From positions 1,664,001-1,728,000 of the forward strand of contig CAVWPA010000003.1 of the NCBI GenBank assembly GCA_963756875.1: 64,000 bases of DNA. The letters run 5' to 3'. Both the position numbers and the translations under genes were made by a program. This document shows, piece by piece, positions 1 to 8,834 of this stretch. Source of the DNA: an uncultured Verrucomicrobiae bacterium. Lineage in GTDB: Bacteria; Verrucomicrobiota; Verrucomicrobiia; Chthoniobacterales; UBA10450. The notes beneath the pieces were generated by a model that had not been told where the DNA came from, did not search any database, and saw only the letters and a list, made by a program, of their open reading frames with translations. The stretch's first letter is position 1; each line of letters opens with the position of its first letter.

Positions 1-50
1 TCGACGGAAGCACGCCGCCGCCACCGGATTTTCGGTACTAGGGCGCGGAC

Positions 51-75
51 TGTAGCGGCGGTCTATGACCGCCGC
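51..75. repeat. GTAG-type REP-like palindrome
   Basis: TGTAGCGGCGGTCTATGACCGCCGC: GTAG followed by a hairpin; near-identical copies at 8709, 8803(rc), 24512, 26985, 43342, 57652. Confidence 0.85.
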
Positions 76-86
76 ATTATCGTTTT

Positions 87-296
87 TTAACCAAACGGGA
101 GGTTCGCTTTGACCCGCGCTTCGTCCGTTTTATGAACGCGCGCCATCTTACTTAAGTGACGTTTCCTTTTTGCGCTCTTGGCCGAAAGCAGATGGCGCCG
201 GGACGATTGCGCGCGCAACACTTTGCCGCGGGCGGTGATCTTAAATCGTTTGGCGACAGCCTTTCGTGTCTTACTGCGAGAGATGGCTTTGGGCAT
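87..296 (-). CDS. rpmI: 50S ribosomal protein L35
   Basis: MPKAISRSKTRKAVAKRFKITARGKV...HLLSAKSAKRKRHL; basic 69 aa; real start is the ATG at 296, not 524. Confidence 0.95.
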   Translation of the reverse strand: MPKAISRSKTRKAVAKRFKITARGKVLRAQSSRRHLLSAKSAKRKRHLSKMARVHKTDEARVKANLPFG

Positions 297-366
297 GGGA
301 AGCGGAAGATAATCGCAGCCGCCGCGAGCACAAATTCTTTTGTGGCCGTGTGTCCGGCGGCTGCGA

Positions 367-502
367 AAGCACCAAATTCCAAGAACCAGGGTCCAGAGAA
401 GCACCAATTCCCAAGCTCCAAACCCAACCGCGAATCCCTTCGTGATTTTGGGATTTGAAGTTTGGAGTTTCCCTGGAGGTTGCTGCTTAAAATTTGGGAT
501 TT
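367..502. repeat. Long imperfect inverted repeat built from 7-nt periodic units
   Basis: Left arm 367-422 (AAGCACC AAATTCC AAGAACC...CTCCAAA) and right arm 447-502 (TTTGGGA TTTGAAG TTTGGAG...TTTGGGATTT) are reverse-complementary in register. Confidence 0.8.
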
Positions 503-534
503 CCAGTCGCCGCGTCTTATGCACAGATTGTTGT

Positions 535-1815
535 ATGCAAGAATCGCAGGCGGCTGTTCCTCATGTGGTCATCGTTGGCGCCGGATTTGGCGGCCTTCAG
601 GCTGCAAAAAAACTGGTGTGTGAAGAAGTGAGCCTGACGATAATCGACCGCACGAATTACCACCTTTTTCAACCGCTGCTTTATCAGGTGGCCACGGCTG
701 CGCTTTCACCAGCGGACATCGCGGGCCCGATACGTGCCATTTTGAGCAAATGCGAAAATACGGAGGTAATTCTCGCTGAGGTCGAATCGGTCGATGCCGA
801 TGCGCGGAAGGTAAAAATGGCTGATGGCGAGATTGCCTACGATTTCCTGATTATCGCAACTGGCGCGCGACATTCTTACTTCGGTCATCCGGAATGGGAA
901 AAACTGGCGCCGGGACTGAAAAGTTTGGAAGACGCGATAGAAATCCGGCGACGCATCCTGCTGGCGTTTGAATATGCGGAAAAGATCATCGACGAAGCGG
1001 CGCGCAAAGCCGCCATGACATTTGTGATCATTGGCGGCGGTCCGACCGGTGTGGAAATGGCTGGTGCGATTGCCGAGATCTCGCGCTACACCCTGGCAAA
1101 AGATTTTCGTCACATCGATCCGTCGCAAGCGCGCGTCATCCTGGTGGAAGGCCATCCGCGCGTGCTTGCGGCGTTTCCCGAAGACCTGCAGATCAGCGCG
1201 ATGAAACAACTCGGCGATCTGGGCGTGGAAGTTCGAACCGGCACTCACGCGAGCAATGTGACGGAGGAGGGCGTTCAGGCCGGCGAAGAATTTATCCCCT
1301 GTCATGTCAAAATTTGGGCCGCAGGAAACAACGCCTCCTTTGTGGGGAAAGCTTTTGGCAGCCTGGTCGATCGTGTTGGGCGTGTGATCGTGAATGAAGA
1401 TCTTACTGTTGCCGGTCATCCCGAAGTCCAGGTTATCGGGGATCTCGCGAATTTTTCGCATCAAACAGGCGAGCCGCTGCCCGGCCTGTCGCCAGTGGCG
1501 ATGCAGCAGGGACGCCACGCCGCCCGCAACGTTTTGGCGATGATTAATGGCCGCAAACCGGAGCGTTTCCGGTATTGGGACAAAGGCACGATGGCTACCA
1601 TTGGTCGCAACAAAGCGGTCGCCGATTTGCGTTTCGTCCATCTCAGCCGGCTACCGGCGTGGCTGGCATGGTTGTTCGTGCACATCATTTTTCTGGTCGG
1701 TTTTCGTAACCGTCTTCTGGTACTCTTTCAATGGGCCTGGGCTTATCTCTCGTTCAACAAGGGCGCCCGTCTGATTACGCGAAATTTCCAATCCGAACAA
1801 CGCCCGCCGGCGTGA
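535..1815 (+). CDS. ndh: Type II NADH:quinone oxidoreductase (NDH-2)
   Basis: VVIVGAGFGG, HLFQPLLYQVAT, second GGGPTGVEMAG Rossmann motif, amphipathic C-terminus. Confidence 0.92.
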   Translation: MQESQAAVPHVVIVGAGFGGLQAAKKLVCEEVSLTIIDRTNYHLFQPLLYQVATAALSPADIAGPIRAILSKCENTEVILAEVESVDADARKVKMADGEIAYDFLIIATGARHSYFGHPEWEKLAPGLKSLEDAIEIRRRILLAFEYAEKIIDEAARKAAMTFVIIGGGPTGVEMAGAIAEISRYTLAKDFRHIDPSQARVILVEGHPRVLAAFPEDLQISAMKQLGDLGVEVRTGTHASNVTEEGVQAGEEFIPCHVKIWAAGNNASFVGKAFGSLVDRVGRVIVNEDLTVAGHPEVQVIGDLANFSHQTGEPLPGLSPVAMQQGRHAARNVLAMINGRKPERFRYWDKGTMATIGRNKAVADLRFVHLSRLPAWLAWLFVHIIFLVGFRNRLLVLFQWAWAYLSFNKGARLITRNFQSEQRPPA

Positions 1816-1845
1816 GGATGATTAACGAACCTCCAAGTCGTTAAA

Positions 1846-2778
1846 ATGGGAAACGGTTTTCGAATCGCAGTGGTCGGTTCGGGCGCGATTGGAAGCTATT
1901 ACGGCGCAAAGCTCGCGCATGCGGGGAGCGATGTGCATTTCCTGATGCGCGGTGATCTTGATGAAATCAAGCGCAGCGGGCTTCAGATTCGCGGCAGAGG
2001 TGAGAATTTCCGCGTGGGAAAAGTAAATTGTTATCATTCGGCTTCCGAAATAGGCCCGTGCGATTTGGTTTTGATCGCTCTGAAAGCCACAGCTAACGCC
2101 GATCTGGTCGATCTTATTCCGCCATTGCTTCGCGAGCGAACGATGTTGCTAACGTTGCAGAACGGCCTCGGTAACGAGGAATTTCTCGCACACCGCTTCG
2201 GAGCGGAACGCGTTCTGGGCGGCCTTTGTTTTATTTGCCTCAGTCGGACCTCGCAAACGACGGTGGAGCGTTACGACTACGGACATATCGTTCTGGGTGA
2301 GTTTGAACGACCACCGCAATCGCGGACGTACCAGGTCGCGGCCGAATTTCAGCGGGGCGGCGTGGAATGTACGGTGGCCGGGAATCTCGCGCTGGAACGC
2401 TGGCGTAAACTTGTCTGGAATATCCCATTTAATGGGCTGTCGATTTTGGCAGGCGGGATCGATACCGGAGACATTTTGGCTAACGACAATCTGCGGCGGA
2501 TAACGAGGGCGTTGATGGATGAGGTTATTATGGCTGCCAACAAGTGCGGTTATGCGTTGCCTTCCAGTGAGACGGAAGAGCAGATCGAACGCACAGAAAT
2601 GATGGATGGTTACAAACCGTCAACGCTGCGCGATTGGGAAGCGGGGCGGCCGCTCGAGATCGACGCGGTCTGGGGCGAGCCGCTGCGACGCGCCGTTGCG
2701 GCAGGGGCGCAGATGCCCCGATTGGAAATGGTTTATGCGCTTCTCAAAGTGCTCGATGAGGGCGGGCGAAGGAAATGA
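1846..2778 (+). CDS. panE: 2-dehydropantoate 2-reductase (ApbA/PanE family)
   Basis: GSGAIGSYYG, LQNGLG, WRKLVWN, YKPSTLRD...LEIDA motifs. Confidence 0.88.
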   Translation: MGNGFRIAVVGSGAIGSYYGAKLAHAGSDVHFLMRGDLDEIKRSGLQIRGRGENFRVGKVNCYHSASEIGPCDLVLIALKATANADLVDLIPPLLRERTMLLTLQNGLGNEEFLAHRFGAERVLGGLCFICLSRTSQTTVERYDYGHIVLGEFERPPQSRTYQVAAEFQRGGVECTVAGNLALERWRKLVWNIPFNGLSILAGGIDTGDILANDNLRRITRALMDEVIMAANKCGYALPSSETEEQIERTEMMDGYKPSTLRDWEAGRPLEIDAVWGEPLRRAVAAGAQMPRLEMVYALLKVLDEGGRRK

Positions 2779-3230
2779 GCGAGAGTCAGGCTTGCATAAC
2801 CACTCCGGAATTCGCGGTGCGAAATTTGCAACGCACCGCGCGAATCAACGTCCGCGATCTGGAAGACTTCGCGCGGCGAGCGGCACGCTTTTGTCTGCAA
2901 TTGTGCAAACATCGACAGACCGAACTGACGAAACTTCGCGAGATTTCAATTTTACTTGTGTCCGATCGCCGCATGGCCTCGTTGCATCGGCGATTCCTTC
3001 ACCAATTGGGGCCGACGGACGTCCTCACATTTCAGCACGGGGAAATTTTCATTAGCGTAGAAATGGCCCGCCGCCATGCACGACGATTTGGGACTTCGCT
3101 CGGCAGGGAGCTGCGACTCTACGTGGTCCACGGCCTCCTGCACCTGCATGGGTTCGACGATCGAAATGAAATTGAAGCGCGAAAGATGAGCGCGATGCAG
3201 AAGCGGATTCTCAACCGCGCAGCTGTTTGA
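2775..3230 (+). CDS. ybeY: rRNA maturation RNase YbeY
   Basis: PTDVLTF and HGLLHLHGFDD zinc motif; ATGA overlap with panE. Confidence 0.92.
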   Translation: MSESQACITTPEFAVRNLQRTARINVRDLEDFARRAARFCLQLCKHRQTELTKLREISILLVSDRRMASLHRRFLHQLGPTDVLTFQHGEIFISVEMARRHARRFGTSLGRELRLYVVHGLLHLHGFDDRNEIEARKMSAMQKRILNRAAV

Positions 3231-3260
3231 ACTGCTTGCCCGCTGTGTTAGCGTTTCTCC

Positions 3261-3641
3261 ATGAGTGGGCAGCCACGTTGGGGTGGGACGGCGATTGCAG
3301 AGAGCGAAAGGCCACCAAGTGCAACAGCCGTTTCCGATGAAAAAGCCAGCCCTTCAACGATCGAAGAGCCGACGATTGAAAAAGAAACGCGCGGCGAAGA
3401 ACAGTTGGATGTTCCCTGGCAGGTGGTGGTGCACAACGATCCAATTAACCTCATGACTTACGTGACAATGGTTTTCCAACGCGTGTTTGGGTACCCGCGC
3501 GAAAAAGCCGAGCGCCACATGCTGGAGGTACACCAGCAAGGGCGCTCAATTTTGTGGTGCGGCATGCGCGAACGGGCGGAGTTATACGTGCAGCAACTTC
3601 ACGGCTATCTCCTGCTGGCTACGCTCGAAAAAACCGGGTGA
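3261..3641 (+). CDS. clpS: ATP-dependent Clp protease adaptor ClpS
   Basis: VVVHNDPINLMTYV...MLEVHQQG. Confidence 0.92.
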   Translation: MSGQPRWGGTAIAESERPPSATAVSDEKASPSTIEEPTIEKETRGEEQLDVPWQVVVHNDPINLMTYVTMVFQRVFGYPREKAERHMLEVHQQGRSILWCGMRERAELYVQQLHGYLLLATLEKTG

Positions 3642-3642
3642 T

Positions 3643-4146
3643 ATGGAAATTTGCCGGCGAGGTGACCAATTGGAGATATCCGACCTCGACCCGTTCCTGG
3701 CCGAATTGCTGCGACAAATCCCGGCAAGCACCGATCCAGGTGGCGTGCCCGCGGCCAAGGAGCGGCTTTTTAGTTCTCCTGCCGATACGAGCCAAAAGGA
3801 GGCGTGCCGGGAATGGAAACTTTACGTCGAACCGGAATTGCGCCGTCTTTTCCAAAGCGCAACAGAAACAGTGTCCGGCGATCTCGAACAACTGGATGGC
3901 AAGGAGAAATCAGCGGGCCACTGTACGCTCCGGATTCCCACGGAGCATGCCGATGCCTGGCTAAATGCCCTGAATCAGGCGAGACTGGTGATTGCAGCCA
4001 GATGCAATTTTACTGAGGGCGAGTTGTGCGATCACTATCGCTCGCCCATCGGCTCGAGGCGGGATCTGAGTTTGTTTCAGGTAAATTTCTACGGCTTTTT
4101 GCAGGAGTTTATTCTGCGGGAAGTGGCCTGCGGCGGTGAGCTGTAG
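3643..4146 (+). CDS. DUF2017-like hypothetical protein
   Basis: ERLF...AWLNALNQARL motif; directly follows clpS; ATG at 3643. Confidence 0.7.
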   Translation: MEICRRGDQLEISDLDPFLAELLRQIPASTDPGGVPAAKERLFSSPADTSQKEACREWKLYVEPELRRLFQSATETVSGDLEQLDGKEKSAGHCTLRIPTEHADAWLNALNQARLVIAARCNFTEGELCDHYRSPIGSRRDLSLFQVNFYGFLQEFILREVACGGEL

Positions 4147-4203
4147 CCGCCGCACTTTGTCCGGGGCGTTTGCCCCGCATGGCGACGGAGCGCCGCAGCC
4201 GCA
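4142..4203. repeat. Degenerate GTAG-type REP element overlapping a stop codon
   Basis: TGTAGCCGCCGCAC...GGAGCGCCGCAGCCGCA; TAG at 4144-4146 ends the upstream gene. Confidence 0.55.
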
Positions 4204-4279
4204 AGGTTGCGACATTACAGCTAGCTGCTCGATTAGCGCTGCTGCTGTTGCTTGCGATCTTTGACCATCGCCATTGCGG

Positions 4280-4369
4280 ATCGTCTGCCTCGGCGTCGTT
4301 GCGAAGGACGCGCAAGATGAGAGCTTTCAGGATCCCGCTATAACGGTCATAAAGCTGAGAAAGCGGTTC
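4280..4369 (-). pseudogene. Remnant of an ECF sigma factor N-terminus/region 2
   Basis: EPLSQLYDRYSGILKALILRVLRNDAEADD resembles the A-F/L-x-x-LYDRY...AEDL signature, then similarity is lost. Confidence 0.55.
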
Positions 4370-4534
4370 GCGGGTTCTCCTTCGATAAACCTTGACCATT
4401 AAAGTAATTCCCCAATACGATCCGATTCATAACGCGAATCACAGCGCACGTGCGCTGCGCGGCCGGCAGAGGAGGGGAAGCGGTTTTGCGCAGGCCGGCG
4501 TTGAAGCTAAAAACTCACGAAAGGAAAATTAACA

Positions 4535-5194
4535 ATGAAATCAATTATTTGCCTAACGATAGGAATCGCACTGAGCTGTCTGGTATCGGCCTTTGCGCAG
4601 GAGGAATCGCCGTCTCCGTCAGGAGAAGAGGGCGCGTCCGCCACCGTGGAAGAAACCTCGACGGCGACTGCGACGCCGGAGAGCACGCCGACAGCAACGC
4701 CTCAGGAAAAGAAGGCTGCTAGTTCGCCAGCGGCCCAAAAGAAAGAGGCGCCTGCTGCTCAGAAGAAAGAATCGGTCGCTGCACATGGGAAGGTTGCCGC
4801 GAAACCGGCAAAGAAAATGAGCGTGGAAGCCGCTTTGAAAGAGATGGAGAACAATTGGGAAGCCGCTTATGGCGCTCATAACGCCTCTGTCCCTCAATCC
4901 TTGATGGCGGACGATTTCGTCGGCGTCTACTGGAATGGCAAGGTCATGAAGAAGTCCAATGTTATTTCGGAGATGAAAAGGGACAAGGACACCTATAAAT
5001 CTGCCGTGAACGAGAAGCTGGCCGTGCGTCAATATGGACCAAACGTGGCGGTGGTTATTGGAACAGCACGTGAGAAAGGGACTGGTAAGGACGGCAAAGC
5101 GTTCGATCGCACATTTCGATTTACCGATACCTGGGTCGAGCGGCATGGCCATTGGCAGTGCGTTTCCAGTCAGGTCATGAAACTTCGCGGATAG
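4535..5194 (+). CDS. Secreted NTF2-like (DUF4440) protein with Ala/Thr/Lys-rich linker
   Basis: Signal peptide, low-complexity linker, C-terminal RFTDTWVERHGHWQCVSSQ; RBS AAGGA. Confidence 0.8.
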   Translation: MKSIICLTIGIALSCLVSAFAQEESPSPSGEEGASATVEETSTATATPESTPTATPQEKKAASSPAAQKKEAPAAQKKESVAAHGKVAAKPAKKMSVEAALKEMENNWEAAYGAHNASVPQSLMADDFVGVYWNGKVMKKSNVISEMKRDKDTYKSAVNEKLAVRQYGPNVAVVIGTAREKGTGKDGKAFDRTFRFTDTWVERHGHWQCVSSQVMKLRG

Positions 5195-5219
5195 TCGCAC
5201 AAACATCTGATTTATTGCG

Positions 5220-5257
5220 GGAGCGGCCATGCTCGCGTGGCCGCTCCTTCTTTTTTT
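5220..5257 (+). terminator. Rho-independent terminator
   Basis: GGAGCGGCCA-8nt-TGGCCGCTCC stem followed by TTCTTTTTTT. Confidence 0.8.
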
Positions 5258-5395
5258 GCCGAATTGCAATCCGGGGTTTCAGCCCATTTTCCAGCGGGAA
5301 AGGCCGGGAGCCGCGGCGCGTGTGCTCCGATTGACCCCGGGCTTCTCGAAACGCCGTCATTGCGCGGAACGCGTTGTGCGGCAAAGGTTACCCGC

Positions 5396-8300
5396 ATGCC
5401 TGCAGGTAGTGAATCAGGAAGTGATCCTCTTTGGTACAAGGACGCGATCATCTACGAGCTGCACGTTAAGACCTTCCACGATAGCGATGGCGACGGGATG
5501 GGCGATTTCCGCGGCCTGATCGAGAAACTTGATTACCTGCAGGAGCTCGGCATCACCGCTATCTGGCTCCTGCCGTTTTATCCGTCGCCGCTGCGCGATG
5601 ACGGTTATGACATCGCCGATTATTTCAATGTTAATCCAAACTACGGCACACTGGAGGATTTCCGTGCATTTCTCACTGCGGCCCACGGGCGCGGTCTGCG
5701 CGTAATCACCGAGTTGGTGATCAATCACACGTCCGATCAAAACCCCTGGTTCCAAAAATCGCGAAGAGCGCCGGCCGGTTCGAAAGAGCGCGAGTTCTAT
5801 GTCTGGAGCGACACGCCGGAAAAATATCCGGATGCACGCATCATTTTCAAAGACTTCGAAACATCGAATTGGGCCTGGGATCCGCTTGCCAAAGCATACT
5901 ACTGGCACCGTTTCTATTCGCATCAGCCGGATTTGAATTTCGACAACCCGGCCGTTCACGAAGCGGTCCAAAAAGTTCTCGATTTCTGGCTCAGCATGGG
6001 CGTCGACGGCCTCCGGCTCGACGCCATCCCTTACCTTTACGAGCGGGAAGGAACGAATTGCGAAAATCTGCCCGAGACGCACGCGTTTCTCAAAAAACTG
6101 CGCGCGCATGTCGACAAGAAATTTCCGGGGCGCATGCTGCTGGCCGAAGCCAACCAATGGCCTGAAGACGCGGTTCTCTACTTCGGAAATGGGGATGAGT
6201 CGCACATGAATTTCCATTTCCCGCTCATGCCCCGGATGTTCATGTCGTTGCAGATGGAGGACCGATTCCCCATCATGGACATCCTCGATCAGACGCCGCC
6301 GATCCCGGATAACTGCCAGTGGGCCATGTTCCTGCGCAATCACGATGAATTAACCTTGGAGATGGTGACCGATGAGGAACGCGATTACATGTGGCGCGTT
6401 TACGCGAATGATCCACACGCGCGGATTAATCTCGGCATTCGCCGCCGGCTGGCGCCTTTGGTTGCCAATAACCGGCGCAAAATCGAGCTGCTCAACACGA
6501 TGCTTCTCTCTTTGCCGGGCGCGCCGATCATTTACTACGGAGATGAGATCGGCATGGGCGATAACATTTATCTCGGCGACCGCAACGGTTGCCGCACGCC
6601 GATGCAATGGAGCCCCGATCGCAACGCCGGCTTTTCAAAAGCCAATCCACAGCAGCTTCACCTGCCGATCATCATTGACTCCGAATATCATTACGAAGCG
6701 ATCAACGTCGAAAATCAGCAAAAGAATCTCTCCTCATTGCTTTGGTGGATGCGGCGCATCATTGCGATGCGCAAAAATTTCAAATCATTTTCCCGCGGCT
6801 CGCTCGAATTCCTTTATCCGGAGAACCCAAGGATTCTCGCGTTTCTCAGACGGTATGAGAATGAGACGATGATCGTGGTCGTTAATCTTTCGCGCTTCTC
6901 CCAATCGACCGATCTCAATCTCGCTCGCTATGCGGGCTGCAGGCTGATGGAAGTTTTTAGTCAGAACTACTTTCCGCGAATCAAAAAGACGCCCTATCCA
7001 ATTATGCTCGGTCCCCACACGTGTTATTGGTTCGCGGTGCGGTCCCAGCCTGCCGTAGGGCGTGCCGCGCAGAAGAAGCATGTTCCGACGATCGAGGCAG
7101 AGCCGAAACTCGAAGCCCTGCTCGCGAATGAGGTCTGTGCCACTCTGGAGCGAAAAATTCTGCCAGCCTATATTCAAAGCTGTCGATGGTTCGGCTCCAA
7201 AGCGCGGGGGCTCCGCCAGGTGCACGTCGCTGAACGTTGCCCCATTTCAGCCGAGACAGGCGCCGCCCAGATTTGGTTTCTCCAAACGGCGTATTTGGAC
7301 GGCCCTGTCGAGACTTACGCATTCCCCGTCCAAATCACCGCCGGCGACGCCGCGCGGGCGATCATGCAGAGGGCGCCCGGCGCAATCATCGCGCGTTTCA
7401 GCGGGTCGGAGGAAACGGTTTTGCACGACGCGCTTTGGGATTCCAGTTTCCGGGCACAGTTGTTCCGTGCGATCGCCCGCGGCGAGAACCTGAAGGGGCA
7501 GTTCGGCGTGTTGAATGGAAAGCCGGGCAGCGCGCTTTCTGAGGACGGAGCTGCCCAGATTCCTTCTTCGCAGGTATTGCGCGCGGAGCAGAGCAATTCG
7601 TCGATGCTGTTCGAGAACAAATATTTTCTGAAACTCTATCGCAAGCTCGAGGACGGCATGAACCCCGATGTCGAAATCACCCGGTTCCTTACCGAGCGCG
7701 CAAATTTTCCCAATGTGCCGACGTTTCAAGGCGCCCTCGAATATCGCCGCGCAAAATCGCAGCCGACCGTCGTGTGTCTAATGCAGGGCGCGGTCACTGC
7801 GGAAGCCGATGCCTGGACGCTGACTCTCGATGCTGTGGGTCGCTATTACGAGCGCGTACTCGGGCGCAAAGCCGACCTGCAGAACCAAGTCGCTCCATTG
7901 GGTGCGCTCCTGGATGAGTTGATCGGCGGCATCTATCCTGAGAAAGCCAGTTTGCTTGGGCAACGCACCGGTGAATTGCATCGCGCCCTGGCCTCCGTCG
8001 AAGACGATCGGGCATTTGCTCCGGAACCGTTTAACGCCATGTCGCAACGCTCCGCCTATCAAAATATGCGGGCACTTCTACGGCGCAACTTTGACCTGTT
8101 GCAAAAGAAGATTTCCGACTTGCCGGAAACGTTTCGCAACGAAGCGAAACAGGTCCTGGCCTCGGAGAACGATATCCACCAGTGGGAGAAACGTTTGCTA
8201 AATCGAAAGACGAATGCCGCGAAGATTCGCACCCACGGCGATTATCATCTCGGGCAGGTTCTGTACACCGGGAAGGACTTCATCATTCTCGATTTCGAAG

Positions 8301-8677
8301 GCGAGCCCGCCCGCCCGTTGAGCGAGCGGACATTGAAACGCTCCGCCTTGCGCGATGTTGCAGGGATGATGCGATCGTTCCAGTACGTCGCCTACAGTGC
8401 CCTTTGGCAGCCGACGATGCGCACGGAGGATGTCCCGTTTCTCGAACGATGGGCCGATCTCTGGTATCGGCAAATCAGCAGCATCTTCCTGCAGAGTTAC
8501 TTGAAAACGACCGCCGGAGCGGTGTTCATCCCACAAAACAGCGAAGATCTGCAGATCCTTCTGGAAGCTTATCTGCTCGATAAGGCGGTTTACGAAATTG
8601 GCTACGAATTAAACAATCGGCCCGATTGGGTCGTCATCCCGGTTCGTGGTATCAAACACATCTTAAAACTGGCGTAG
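5396..8677 (+). CDS. treS: Trehalose synthase TreS fused to maltokinase (Pep2/Mak)
   Basis: GH13 WYKDAIIYELHV, LRLDAIPYL, FLRNHDELTLE; C-terminal EQSNSS and HGDYHLGQVL...DFEGEP kinase motifs. Confidence 0.93.
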   Translation: MPAGSESGSDPLWYKDAIIYELHVKTFHDSDGDGMGDFRGLIEKLDYLQELGITAIWLLPFYPSPLRDDGYDIADYFNVNPNYGTLEDFRAFLTAAHGRGLRVITELVINHTSDQNPWFQKSRRAPAGSKEREFYVWSDTPEKYPDARIIFKDFETSNWAWDPLAKAYYWHRFYSHQPDLNFDNPAVHEAVQKVLDFWLSMGVDGLRLDAIPYLYEREGTNCENLPETHAFLKKLRAHVDKKFPGRMLLAEANQWPEDAVLYFGNGDESHMNFHFPLMPRMFMSLQMEDRFPIMDILDQTPPIPDNCQWAMFLRNHDELTLEMVTDEERDYMWRVYANDPHARINLGIRRRLAPLVANNRRKIELLNTMLLSLPGAPIIYYGDEIGMGDNIYLGDRNGCRTPMQWSPDRNAGFSKANPQQLHLPIIIDSEYHYEAINVENQQKNLSSLLWWMRRIIAMRKNFKSFSRGSLEFLYPENPRILAFLRRYENETMIVVVNLSRFSQSTDLNLARYAGCRLMEVFSQNYFPRIKKTPYPIMLGPHTCYWFAVRSQPAVGRAAQKKHVPTIEAEPKLEALLANEVCATLERKILPAYIQSCRWFGSKARGLRQVHVAERCPISAETGAAQIWFLQTAYLDGPVETYAFPVQITAGDAARAIMQRAPGAIIARFSGSEETVLHDALWDSSFRAQLFRAIARGENLKGQFGVLNGKPGSALSEDGAAQIPSSQVLRAEQSNSSMLFENKYFLKLYRKLEDGMNPDVEITRFLTERANFPNVPTFQGALEYRRAKSQPTVVCLMQGAVTAEADAWTLTLDAVGRYYERVLGRKADLQNQVAPLGALLDELIGGIYPEKASLLGQRTGELHRALASVEDDRAFAPEPFNAMSQRSAYQNMRALLRRNFDLLQKKISDLPETFRNEAKQVLASENDIHQWEKRLLNRKTNAAKIRTHGDYHLGQVLYTGKDFIILDFEGEPARPLSERTLKRSALRDVAGMMRSFQYVAYSALWQPTMRTEDVPFLERWADLWYRQISSIFLQSYLKTTAGAVFIPQNSEDLQILLEAYLLDKAVYEIGYELNNRPDWVVIPVRGIKHILKLA

Positions 8678-8708
8678 AGTTGAGAGACAGGAGAGCGTTG
8701 CCTTCTTC

Positions 8709-8826
8709 TGTAGCGGCGCTCTATGAGCGTCGCACTATTCTTTTCCCAACGATCAACTGCTCTCGCGCGTTCACTTACTCGAAAGGACGAAGAGCAACCA
8801 TGCGACGGTCATAGACCGCCGCTACA
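8709..8826. repeat. Inverted GTAG REP doublet (REPIN-like) between convergent genes
   Basis: TGTAGCGGCGCTCTATGAGCGTCG ... CGACGGTCATAGACCGCCGCTACA. Confidence 0.85.
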
Positions 8827-8834
8827 GCGAATCA

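Noticed and set aside
367..502. CRISPR array or tRNA
   Set aside because: No constant 25-45 nt repeats with unique spacers, no cas genes, no cloverleaf.
5414..6343. Long antisense ORFs (also 706-1641, 9423-10340, 49533-50453, 51182-52219, 53230-54489)
   Set aside because: Shadow frames of well-supported genes in GC-rich DNA with no recognisable motifs.
5396..8677. TreS-maltokinase fusion as a novelty
   Set aside because: A well-known, widespread fusion.
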